In this document: positions 1 to 8,796 of the stretch, one piece after another | Position numbering within the stretch: position 1 is the stretch's first letter | How the letters are laid out: every line of letters begins with the position of its first letter | Source of the DNA: Candidatus Hydrogenedentota bacterium | GTDB lineage: Bacteria; Hydrogenedentota; Hydrogenedentia; Hydrogenedentales; SLHB01 | NCBI GenBank assembly: GCA_963674865.2 | Contig: CAXXYE010000006.1 | Span: forward strand, 64,001 to 128,000 | Direction: 5' to 3' | Length of the DNA stretch: 64,000 nucleotides | Notes under the pieces: generated by a model | Seen by the model: only the letters and a program-made list of their open reading frames with translations | The model's database searches: none | Told to the model about the DNA's origin: nothing | Program-made: the position numbers and the translations under genes

Positions 1-2
1 TG

Positions 3-104
3 CATTATACGCAGAGGTATTGTGAGGCCCACTATGAACGTCTGACAAACGCCGCATTGAATGCTCGGGAGAATATCGAGATCGGCCCTTGCCATGTTCT
101 CTGA
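3..104 (+). CDS. 3' end of a gene truncated by the window edge; possibly an SPL-family radical SAM paralog
   Basis: Open frame 3 reads HYTQRYCEAHYERLTNAALNARENIEIGPCHVL then TGA(102-104); resembles FYFRGFCDRLYGRIARYA near the C-terminus of the 1334..2509 protein. Confidence 0.4.
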   Translation, partial: HYTQRYCEAHYERLTNAALNARENIEIGPCHVL

Positions 105-227
105 ACCATGAACGGCTAGAAGTCTGGCCAGGAAGCGCGGTTCCTGGTGGGATGCGGAGCGTAGCGAAAGCGCGTCTGTCTGTTCCCTGCCCTTCGCCTT
201 GCTCTTCGCGGCAAGAATAAGACGCCA

Positions 228-1100
228 TCAGCGTAAGTCATGGCACTGGCTGGGACAGCCTTCGAAATGCCGTTTCAATCGGAGACATTCGTTGAGCCGG
301 TCGGGTGACTCGATAGCGATGTGCAGGTCGATGGGAAAGCGTGCAAGCAGGGCCTCGATGAAGCGGATGGACCACGGCAGATCGAGGTCGCGGTGCTTTC
401 TACCGACCTGTCGCGAAAGGTGTATGTATAAAGCGGGCGGGCGCGTCACCTCGATGACCTGTTCAATGGCCTTGTACGGATCTTCCTCCTCGAAGGCGGA
501 CTCGACAAAATGTCCAATATCGAACGCCACGTTCACGGGCAGGCGCCGTGCGATGGCCAACACGTTGGCGAGCCGACCGGCGGCCGTGGGCGTGTTCTCG
601 ATGTACAGCCTCCGGAGCCGGGATGGATCAAGCCCTTCGAAGGCCCAAATCGTGTCGTCGACAACCGATGTACTGTGAGCATCGCCCTCCAGGTGTATGG
701 CAAAGCCGGTCATGCCGATAAGTTCGGCCAAATCAAAGAGATAATCGACCTCGTGGAATGAACGTCGCCTGGATTCGCTGTGTGGCGACAGAATCCGGCA
801 ATACTTCGAGACGTGGCCGTATCGGATGACGCTGAGACGATCCAACTCATGGCCAAACGCCCGCAACTGCGGCGCTACGCGCGCCACTTCCGCCAGCGCT
901 TCGAACTTGGGAATCTTGTCCAGCGCGATGAAGTATGGATCAAAGGCAACCAACCGGATGCCAACGGAGAGGTACACGTCATGCAGCATCTTCCGGTGGC
1001 GTTCGATGGCGACGAGAGAATCGGTATGGTGGCACATGGGATACTTCTCCATACCGGCCGTTCTTCCCCAAGTCCCAATGAACACTCTTGAGTCCATCAT
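228..1100 (-). CDS. UV-damage endonuclease (UvsE/UVDE)-like TIM-barrel metalloenzyme
   Basis: Start re-called at ATG 1100 (GGAG RBS). Ordered metal-ligand-type motifs GHVSKY..ILSP, AIHLEG, YIENT, FDIGH, IHLS, KHRD, AIES follow the UvsE/endonuclease IV-type barrel. Confidence 0.6.
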   Translation of the reverse strand: MMDSRVFIGTWGRTAGMEKYPMCHHTDSLVAIERHRKMLHDVYLSVGIRLVAFDPYFIALDKIPKFEALAEVARVAPQLRAFGHELDRLSVIRYGHVSKYCRILSPHSESRRRSFHEVDYLFDLAELIGMTGFAIHLEGDAHSTSVVDDTIWAFEGLDPSRLRRLYIENTPTAAGRLANVLAIARRLPVNVAFDIGHFVESAFEEEDPYKAIEQVIEVTRPPALYIHLSRQVGRKHRDLDLPWSIRFIEALLARFPIDLHIAIESPDRLNECLRLKRHFEGCPSQCHDLR

Positions 1101-1234
1101 CGCGGTCTCCTCTTGTTGAGCTGCCTCTGCCAACACGCCGGAGGCTCCCGTGCAAATGATGCCTGGCGCCGAGCCGTGCACGCGCGCTAGACAAGGGCTG
1201 TTGGGCCTTGTCCGTCAACAGGAGCAAGAATGAT

Positions 1235-1252
1235 ACTGGAAATATCTTCAGT
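1235..1252. promoter_or_regulatory. Imperfect palindrome ACTGGAAATATCTTCAGT (CTG-N10-CAG), candidate operator
   Basis: 14/18 self-complementary, AT-rich core, in the intergenic region between two divergent DNA-repair-like genes. Confidence 0.35.
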
Positions 1253-1333
1253 CTTCTGCTACGCTGATGTCAAGTTGGACGGCATCTTGGCGAAGACGAC
1301 GTGTCGGCAGCAGCGGCACGCGGGAGGTTGAGC

Positions 1334-2509
1334 GTGGAAGGAGTGGCGACGCAGACGGAATTCGGTTTCTCTGAGGCGGCGCTTTCTCTGCCGACGCATT
1401 GCCGGCGGCAGCCTGTCGAGCGTTTCGCCGTCGAGCGCATCGTACTGGCCAAGGGAAGCCTCGACACGCCCCAGCGTGAAGCCTTCGTGCGCCAGGTGAG
1501 CGAGGCGTATCCTAGGGCCCGCACCGAGGAGAAGCTCGGCGTGCCTCACAACCGCATCGAAATCCCCGGCAAGACGGCGCTGGAGCGCATTGCAAGGGGG
1601 AAACGCACACTCGTCTTTGGCTCGATTAGTCCGAAGAACGCCGTGTGGGAACGTGAACTCCGGAACAACGTTTTCGATCACGAATGGGCCCTTTCCGTAT
1701 ACGGGTTCTGTCCATACAATTGCGCGTACTGCTACCTGGCCGCGCTGCCGGGGGTGTGGTTCTCGCCCGCGGTGCGGATCTACGTGAACCTGGCTGAAAT
1801 CATCGCTGAGGTCAGCCGCCGGGCCATGGCCGCTGGAAGACGCACGACCTTCTACCAAGGCACGCTGCAGGACGGCCTGGCCTTGGATCCGCTGACGGCG
1901 TACTCGACAGTGCTCGTCCCGTTCTTCGCGGAGCATCGCCACGCACGGGCCTTTGTACAGACGAAATCGGCAAACATCGAACGCCTCCTGCATCTGCGCC
2001 ACAACGCACACACGGCGTTGTCATGGACCTTGTCGCCGCGCCCCATCGCCGAAAGGTTCGAGACAAACGCGCCCTCCGTCGATGCGCGCCTCGCAGCCAT
2101 GGAGCGGTGCGCGAACGCTGGCTATCCTGTCTGCGCGAACTTCATCCCGGTCATTCCCTATGGTGATTGGGAGGCGTTGTATCTGGACCTGGCGCGCGAG
2201 GTGCTCGAGCGCGTGCCCCTCAACAGGCTTACTCTTGGCGGAGCCTGCATGAAACAGAGCGCAGTCGAGCTTCTCGAAGCGCGCAAGGGAAAGGAGAATC
2301 CCATTTCAGCGCACTTGACGCGGCACCGCTCCCGTAATGGCGAGGAGGAGGTGTTCTACTTCCGCGGATTCTGCGACCGCTTGTATGGGCGGATCGCGCG
2401 TTACGCTGAAAGGTCAGCGCCGTGTCGGGCCATGTCGAATCACCGGCAGGGCGGAACGTTGGCACTGAGTTTCAGGCGCAACAACTCCTTTGACCTATTC
2501 CCAGAATGA
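1334..2509 (+). CDS. Spore photoproduct lyase (SplB)-family radical SAM protein
   Basis: CPYNCAYCYL (CxxxCxxC), IYVNL, QDGLALDPLT, TKSANIE, SWTLSP, RLAAM..C..AGYPV, PVIPY..W; GTG 1334 follows GGGAGG (ORF track starts at 1301). Confidence 0.8.
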   Translation: MEGVATQTEFGFSEAALSLPTHCRRQPVERFAVERIVLAKGSLDTPQREAFVRQVSEAYPRARTEEKLGVPHNRIEIPGKTALERIARGKRTLVFGSISPKNAVWERELRNNVFDHEWALSVYGFCPYNCAYCYLAALPGVWFSPAVRIYVNLAEIIAEVSRRAMAAGRRTTFYQGTLQDGLALDPLTAYSTVLVPFFAEHRHARAFVQTKSANIERLLHLRHNAHTALSWTLSPRPIAERFETNAPSVDARLAAMERCANAGYPVCANFIPVIPYGDWEALYLDLAREVLERVPLNRLTLGGACMKQSAVELLEARKGKENPISAHLTRHRSRNGEEEVFYFRGFCDRLYGRIARYAERSAPCRAMSNHRQGGTLALSFRRNNSFDLFPE

Positions 2510-2552
2510 AGAACCTGGCATTGGAACGAGCCTGACCGGGGGAAATCGAGCG

Positions 2553-2954
2553 ATGAGAAAGAACATATGGCAAGAGAAGCTAAGCGCCTTCAAGGAGAAC
2601 GAGCAGCCGGAGGCCACGCTCATGATTGCCGGACAGACGGAGCTGATGCGCATTGCCCTTGCCTGGAAACAGACGGAGGTCTCTCGTGGGAGGAGACTGA
2701 GCAAGCTCCAGGGCAATTCCGAAGCCGACATTTGGGCGTGGCTCTGGAAGAACGTCCGCTATGATCGCGCCGCGCTCCTAGGGCGAATTCCCGGCGCGAG
2801 CAACCGAACGGCCAGGAACCTGGACGCTCTGATCGGTTGCCGTGTTCTATATCCCGACGGCACGATCAACGCCTATGTCGAGCGGTACCTTAAGGAACGC
2901 GTCGTCAAGCTGTTCGCGCCAGCGATTCGAAAACGCGGTCTAGGAGCCGCGTGA
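2553..2954 (+). CDS. Hypothetical protein (133 aa), probably co-transcribed with the SPL-like gene
   Basis: ATG 2553 after GGGGGAA; protein-like composition; C-terminal LDALIGCRVLYPDGTIN. Confidence 0.6.
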   Translation: MRKNIWQEKLSAFKENEQPEATLMIAGQTELMRIALAWKQTEVSRGRRLSKLQGNSEADIWAWLWKNVRYDRAALLGRIPGASNRTARNLDALIGCRVLYPDGTINAYVERYLKERVVKLFAPAIRKRGLGAA

Positions 2955-3179
2955 GTGGCGCGGAGGCGGCCAAATACGACCTCCGCCTGTAAAACACTTG
3001 GTACAACAAGCTTTTGTTTCAGGATACAGAATACGGCTCTTGGCCGCAAGGCCAATCCTTGCGCTTCAAGTGCTTGTGGCATATTGCGTAAGGGCGAGGC
3101 CGGGTCAGACTCTTTGTGCGAATCATCGGACGATGCTCGCTCGGCACCAATATCGCGGCTGTCCGGAACGGGCCTCTTG

Positions 3180-3857
3180 TCAAGGACACGGGGGCAAAGG
3201 CCGCAGGCGGATGTTGCGGTACCAGACTTTGCCGTGGTCGCCTTGCAGCATGAGCGGGCCGGGATCGTTTACGCCGCCGGGCAAGGCCCCGCCGGTAAGC
3301 TCGGTGATGGGAACACCGTCGAGGGCCAATTCACCGTTGTGGTAGACGGTGAGGTTCTCGCCGAGGTAGCGGATGTCGAAGGTGTTCCATTCCCCGGGCG
3401 CCCGGGCGGCGTTCGTCTGAGGCGCGTACTGATTGTAGACGCCGCCTGCGTCCGTCTTGGTAACCGGCGACACGCCATAGCTGTCGAGCACCTGAACCTC
3501 GATGCGCCCGCGAAGGTAGACGCCGCTGTTCCCGCCGGGCACGGTCTTGTATTCGATGTGCAGATCGAAGTCCTTCCACTCATCGATAGTGGCGACATCA
3601 GTTCCGTGTTCCACGTTGGTTAGCGCGCCGTCCTCAACAAACCATTTGTTCTCGGCCTCGTGATGACGCGCGTTGCGCCAGCCGTCCAGATTCTCGCCGT
3701 TGAATATACCGATCCAGCCTTGGTTACACTCGGCGTCACCGGCCCACGGACAAATAACATATGACTTGCCGCAAGTCTTGCCGTCCCCGAGGCCCGCACA
3801 ACCTGCCAGCCCTATCGCTAGAAGAATTCCAAGCCATCTTGTCTTGCTGAACGTCAT
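3180..3857 (-). CDS. DUF1080 (3-keto-disaccharide hydrolase) family lipoprotein
   Basis: Lipobox LAGC; IFNGENLDGW, GNSGVYLRG, EVQVLDS, GEWNTFDI, LQGDHGKVWYRNI. Confidence 0.9.
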   Translation of the reverse strand: MTFSKTRWLGILLAIGLAGCAGLGDGKTCGKSYVICPWAGDAECNQGWIGIFNGENLDGWRNARHHEAENKWFVEDGALTNVEHGTDVATIDEWKDFDLHIEYKTVPGGNSGVYLRGRIEVQVLDSYGVSPVTKTDAGGVYNQYAPQTNAARAPGEWNTFDIRYLGENLTVYHNGELALDGVPITELTGGALPGGVNDPGPLMLQGDHGKVWYRNIRLRPLPPCP

Positions 3858-4059
3858 GTGTATCTCCCGTCGCCTTGCCAGTTCCAACCACCCGGAACGA
3901 GTTCTGGCGGATTCTACACTACAGGCTACGTCTCCCGCGAGAATCCTCGCCGGGTCGTGTTGTTGGCCGCTGTGTCGATTGCGGCCACGGCGACCTCCAA
4001 CGTATAGTAGGCGGCCATGAACATCCATGGCCATTCGGGAATAGTGAGGCAATGATTCC

Positions 4060-5181
4060 ATGACATCGCGTGAACGGCTCTTGCGAACGCTCCAGCGGCA
4101 ACCGGTGGATCGCGTCCCCATTTCATCCTACGAACTGAATCCGTGGAATCCCGACAGCTTCGAGAACAAGGCGCCGTCGTACAAGCGGTTGATGGAGAAG
4201 CTGCGCGCCGACACGGACTGCCTGTACATGTGGGGATGGGGGCCGTGGGCGGATTGCGATTGCTGGGAACGCCGGAGCGAAACTGATTCGGACGGGGCCG
4301 AGATGATCTATTCTCGTCTGAGGACGCCCAAAGGCGACCTCACCAAGGCCCAGAAGCGCATGCCGGGGGTCCACACCACCTGGACGACGGAGCATCTGCT
4401 GAAATCCGTGGAGGATATCGATCGCTACCTCAGTGTCCTCCCGGAGCTTTTTCGCGTCGATGACGGAAAGGTGCGGCGGGCGCGCGAAGCCTACGCCATC
4501 GCCGAGGAGCGTGTCGGCGATCACGGCATCGTTATGAACGACGGCGGCGATCCTTCCGCATACGTCCCGGATCTATTCGAATTCGGCGTGTTCACCGTCA
4601 TGTGTTTCCAGCATAGGGAGAAGATCCTGGAGCTGATAGACGCGCTTACCGAGCCGATTCTCGGCCGCTTCAGACTCGACGTTGAAAACAAGTTTGGCCC
4701 CATCCTCCGCATGTGCGGCCCTGAATACTACACGCCCCCCTATCTGCCGCCGGAGTACTTCCGCGAAATGGTCTTGCCCGGCGCGAAGGCCGCGGCGGAT
4801 ATCCTCGCGAAGGGCGGGATCTTTCTGCGGCTCCACAGTCACGGACGTATTCGTGACGCTCTGCCGATGATCGTCGAGATAGGCACCAAAGGGACCGACC
4901 CCTGCGAGCCGCCGCCCGACGGCGACATCTCCCTCGGCGAGATCAAGGAGCAATACGGCGACGCCCTTGTCCTATTCGGCAATACGGAGCTAAAGCTGCT
5001 CGAAACCGCCGAGCCGGGTGAAGTCGACGCCGTTGTCAAAGCTCAGATGGACGCGGCGAAAACCGGCGGCGGCTACATCCTCATGCCCACCGCCGCCCCG
5101 ATCAACGAGCCCCTCTCCCCACGCACCGAACACAACTACTTCGAGTGGGTCGACGCCGGCCTCAAGTACGGGACGTACTGA
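4060..5181 (+). CDS. Uroporphyrinogen decarboxylase (URO-D/MtaA-CmuA) family protein
   Basis: MTSRERLL...VDRVP start, TPKG, LHSHG, LFGN, GGGYIL motifs. Confidence 0.8.
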   Translation: MTSRERLLRTLQRQPVDRVPISSYELNPWNPDSFENKAPSYKRLMEKLRADTDCLYMWGWGPWADCDCWERRSETDSDGAEMIYSRLRTPKGDLTKAQKRMPGVHTTWTTEHLLKSVEDIDRYLSVLPELFRVDDGKVRRAREAYAIAEERVGDHGIVMNDGGDPSAYVPDLFEFGVFTVMCFQHREKILELIDALTEPILGRFRLDVENKFGPILRMCGPEYYTPPYLPPEYFREMVLPGAKAAADILAKGGIFLRLHSHGRIRDALPMIVEIGTKGTDPCEPPPDGDISLGEIKEQYGDALVLFGNTELKLLETAEPGEVDAVVKAQMDAAKTGGGYILMPTAAPINEPLSPRTEHNYFEWVDAGLKYGTY

Positions 5182-5213
5182 GGGTGTGTGAAGAAATGGG
5201 TGATGTCCGGAAG

Positions 5214-5260
5214 AGGGGACATATAGTCGCGCCGGGGACGGCGCTTGGAACATGTCCCCT
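5214..5260. terminator. Stem-loop between convergent genes (possible terminator or REP-like element)
   Basis: AGGGGACAT(5214-5222)/ATGTCCCCT(5252-5260) with inner GCGCCG/CGGCGC stem. Confidence 0.45.
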
Positions 5261-5296
5261 TTCCCTCCGGTATTCCTCCACAGGCTCTGAGAGAAC

Positions 5297-7483
5297 CTAA
5301 GCCACCGCGATAGCTATCTCCGCCTCGGGCAGTCCTCGAAACGCGGCTCGCAGGAGGACTTGGCCTGGAGTTGTCGCTGCTTGTACGGCGATGCGACCGA
5401 CGCCCGCATGGACGGGCGTAACCGGCTGGCCGCCGATACCGCGGATATGGGCCGGGCCGTCCAGATCAAATACCGCCAGTCCCTCCGCCTGCGGCACAAG
5501 CACGGACTCGTCGTCAACCACACGTAGCGTGACCTCGCTCACGTCGGCACCATCACAAGCCAACGTCGCGGGCGATGCCTCAAGGATCAGCCGCGCGGCC
5601 ACCCCTGCCGTGCGCAGGATGTACTCTACGTCTTGGCCGCCGTATTGCCCCACGGCCTTCAACTCGCCCGGCTCATACGGCACGTCCCAGCACGCGGGAT
5701 TCTCGCCGCTTCGCACGCCGAGCGACGCGCCGTTCAGGAACAGTTCTACCTCCTCACAATTCGTCACAACGGCCACCGGCCGCGCCTGTCCCTCCAGTCC
5801 GGGCCACGTCCAATGCCCGCAGATGTGGACAACCGGATCCGGCGACCACCGGCTTCTCAGGTAGTGGAAGCCGGCCTTGGGCAGGCGGTAGACATCGAGA
5901 ACGCCCGAGCACTGAATGGGCCACGACATCACGTAATCCGTCCCGTAGTCGTGCATGCACCAGAGCGCCCCGCCGGCCATGAAGGGTTGCGCTTCGATGA
6001 TGTCGGTGTCGTTCTTGAGCCGCTCGACCTGGCCCAGGTCCATCTCGAAATCGCCCCGGCGCGTGTGGCAGAAGTTGGTGTGCTCACTGGAAACCAGCTT
6101 GCGGTCGGGCAGATCTGCGCGTATCTCATCGAGATGAGGAAGCTTGTAGTTGATTCCCAACACGTCCGGAACATGGGCCGTGCCGGTTTCCTTGCCCTCT
6201 GCGGGCCGGTTATCGGCGTAAACGGTTAGGCGGGCCGGATCGGCCTCGTTCGCCACTCGATGCAGGCGCTCGAAGAGGTCGCGCGCCCTGCCTTCGTTAA
6301 GCAGGCCCCACAGGATGATGCTGGGATGATTCTTGTCGCGCGCGATCATCTCGCGCATCATCTGCTCGGCGTTCTTGGCGAACTGCTCGCCGCCGATGTA
6401 CTGCCAGGACGCGATCTCCTCGTAGACGATGATGCCCAGCCGATCGCATGCATCGAGGAACGCCGGATGCTGGGGATAATGCGACGCCCGCACGAAGTTG
6501 CCGCCCATCTCCTTAATGAGTTCGGCGTCGCGCGCCTGGAGACGCGGCGGCACGGCGTTGCCCAGGCCGGGATAGTCCTGGTGGCGATTCACGCCACGCA
6601 GTTTCAGATGCTCACCGTTCAAGAAGAAGCCGTCATCGACGGTGAACTCATACCAGCGCAGGCCAAAGGGAGTCACGACTTCGTCCACGACTGCGCCATC
6701 GACCTCAACGCGAGTCGTGGCCGAGTACAGGTGAGGCGTGTCGGGAGACCACAGCGCTGGGGAGGGAATGTCCAGGGCGGGAAGCTCGAAGCGCGCCGCC
6801 CCGCCGCTCTCGATAGATTGCTCCGCAAAGACTTCCGCGACGGGCGCTCCATCAGGGTCGTGGATGGCCACCACGCACCGAGCGTGGACTGCGGCATCCC
6901 GATCATTCCTCACAGCCGCCCAGACACGCGCGGTAGCACGCTCCCGCGACACCGTCGGCGTCGTAATCGTCACGCCGTATTGTGGAATGAACACCTCGTC
7001 CGTGACGACTACCGAGACCTCTCTGTACAGGCCGCCATAGAGGTTGTAGTCGAGTTCTTCCAGTCCCGGGAGAATGTCGGGATTGTGCGTATTGTCCACC
7101 CTGACGGCGAGGAGGTTGCTTCCGGGACGCAGGAAGTCCGTAGCATCAATCGCGAATCCGGTAAATCCGCCCATGAATTGGCCGGCGTGCTCTTCATTGA
7201 TCCATACGTCGGCCAGGGCAAAGGCCGCGCCGAACTCGAGGAACACTTTGCGCCCCTGCCACGCCGCGGGGACGTCAATCCGTTTGCGGTACCACCCGAC
7301 GCCGCGGTAGTAGCCGCGACACGGCGTGAACGTGTCGGCCGCGTTCCAGCAATGCGGCAGCACAACCTTCGGCCAAGCCGTGTCTTCGAGGTCTTGGGCG
7401 TATCCTTTCGGACCCCACCAGGGGACAAGCCCCGCGTGGAAACACCATTCCTGTGAAAATGCTTGCGTATCGAGTTCGCGCAT
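5297..7483 (-). CDS. Glycoside hydrolase family 2 (beta-galactosidase/glucuronidase-like)
   Basis: YYRGVGWYRK, YGGLYR, LRGVNRHQDY, RASHYPQ, NHPSIILWGLLNE, VSSE; C-terminal Ig-like domains. Confidence 0.93.
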   Translation of the reverse strand: MRELDTQAFSQEWCFHAGLVPWWGPKGYAQDLEDTAWPKVVLPHCWNAADTFTPCRGYYRGVGWYRKRIDVPAAWQGRKVFLEFGAAFALADVWINEEHAGQFMGGFTGFAIDATDFLRPGSNLLAVRVDNTHNPDILPGLEELDYNLYGGLYREVSVVVTDEVFIPQYGVTITTPTVSRERATARVWAAVRNDRDAAVHARCVVAIHDPDGAPVAEVFAEQSIESGGAARFELPALDIPSPALWSPDTPHLYSATTRVEVDGAVVDEVVTPFGLRWYEFTVDDGFFLNGEHLKLRGVNRHQDYPGLGNAVPPRLQARDAELIKEMGGNFVRASHYPQHPAFLDACDRLGIIVYEEIASWQYIGGEQFAKNAEQMMREMIARDKNHPSIILWGLLNEGRARDLFERLHRVANEADPARLTVYADNRPAEGKETGTAHVPDVLGINYKLPHLDEIRADLPDRKLVSSEHTNFCHTRRGDFEMDLGQVERLKNDTDIIEAQPFMAGGALWCMHDYGTDYVMSWPIQCSGVLDVYRLPKAGFHYLRSRWSPDPVVHICGHWTWPGLEGQARPVAVVTNCEEVELFLNGASLGVRSGENPACWDVPYEPGELKAVGQYGGQDVEYILRTAGVAARLILEASPATLACDGADVSEVTLRVVDDESVLVPQAEGLAVFDLDGPAHIRGIGGQPVTPVHAGVGRIAVQAATTPGQVLLRAAFRGLPEAEIAIAVA

Positions 7484-7527
7484 GTTTCCTTCCTCAATCC
7501 AAGTCTTGTGCTATAGGCAAATCCACT

Positions 7528-8796
7528 TCAGAACGCCGGAGGCGGCGCCGCATAGGCATCCATAAGGTAGCGCCTCGCCTCGCCCGCCGTGAAGAAACCT
7601 CCCGCGATAACCAGCGGCGTCTCACGCTTGGCCTCGCCAAGTCCCATATCAATGGCCTCGCTGAACCTGGCGACACACCGGTGCGAATGAGAACCGGCCT
7701 TGGCGCTGAGATCGCCAGCCGGCAAGGCCCGCCTCCCGGTGAACTGGCTCAGAATCATCGTTTGGGCCTTGGGCGCCAAGGCGTCGATGATTCCCTCAGC
7801 GTCCTTGTCCGATGACACGGCCAACACGAGCACATATGCGTTCAGAGCTTCCGCGAGCCGTTGCGCCCCCGCGGGATTATGGGCAACGTCGATGATAACC
7901 GGCGGGGACTCGAGGACACGCTCCAGCCGGCACGGGCAACGCGCATCGCGTAGTCCGGCCACCACGGCCTTCTCATCCAGCCGAGGATAGCGCTCGCTGA
8001 GTTGCTCCGCCGCCGCCGTGGCCACCGCGGCATTCGTTCCCTGAAAGCATCCCCGCAGGCCCAGAGGAACGGAGTTGAATGTGAAGCGCGGCCCCGTGTA
8101 GTCGAAGCGCAGATCGAAAGAGTCGCCGCGCACTTCGTAGCTGAAATCGCGCTCAAGTTGAACCACCGGACACCCAAGCTCGTTGGCCCGGTTTAGGATA
8201 ACCCCCTCCGGCCCCTGGCGCGTCTCCCCAAGCACCAGCGGCACGCCTTCTTTAAGTATGCCCGCCTTCTCGAAGGCGATCTTGTCGAGGGAGTCTCCGA
8301 GGTAGCGAGTGTGGTCCAGGTCGATATTCGTGATGATTGATAGGAGGGGCGAGGCCACGTTGGTGGAATCGAATCGCCCCCCCATGCCCACCTCGATCAC
8401 GGCGGCGTCGACGCGCCGGGCGGCAAGCCAGCGCAGAACGATGGCGGTATTCACCTCAAAGAAAGTAGGAGGATGGCCCATACCTTCGGCGGCTTGGCGG
8501 AAAAACGCGATCTCCTCATCCAACTCCGCCGCGGAGATCGGCCGCCGGCCGAGCAAGAAGCGCTCCGTGACGTCGAGAAGATGAGGTTTTGTAAACCGGC
8601 CGACAGAGTAGCCCGCCGCGCCAAGCATGGCGTCCAGCATAGCGCCTACGCTGCCCTTCCCATTGGTTCCCGCCACGTGGACGGTGGGAAGGTGGTGCTC
8701 GGGATGACCCGCCGCGTCCATCAAGAACCGGATGTTATCCAGTCCTAGCTTGATGCCGTGAATTTCGAGGCTGAAAAGATAATCGCGGTGGCTCAC
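7528..8796 (-). CDS. folC: Folylpolyglutamate synthase/dihydrofolate synthase
   Basis: HVAGTNGKGS, EVGMGGRFDSTN, LDHT..LG, IAFEKAGI, IDVAHNPAG; overlaps accD. Confidence 0.93.
   Translation of the reverse strand: MSHRDYLFSLEIHGIKLGLDNIRFLMDAAGHPEHHLPTVHVAGTNGKGSVGAMLDAMLGAAGYSVGRFTKPHLLDVTERFLLGRRPISAAELDEEIAFFRQAAEGMGHPPTFFEVNTAIVLRWLAARRVDAAVIEVGMGGRFDSTNVASPLLSIITNIDLDHTRYLGDSLDKIAFEKAGILKEGVPLVLGETRQGPEGVILNRANELGCPVVQLERDFSYEVRGDSFDLRFDYTGPRFTFNSVPLGLRGCFQGTNAAVATAAAEQLSERYPRLDEKAVVAGLRDARCPCRLERVLESPPVIIDVAHNPAGAQRLAEALNAYVLVLAVSSDKDAEGIIDALAPKAQTMILSQFTGRRALPAGDLSAKAGSHSHRCVARFSEAIDMGLGEAKRETPLVIAGGFFTAGEARRYLMDAYAAPPPAF

Noticed and set aside
6260..7456. Long antisense ORFs (also 12665..13681, 27812..28978, 31283..32236, 50357..51544)
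   Set aside because: Shadow ORFs opposite well-supported genes, as expected in high-GC DNA.
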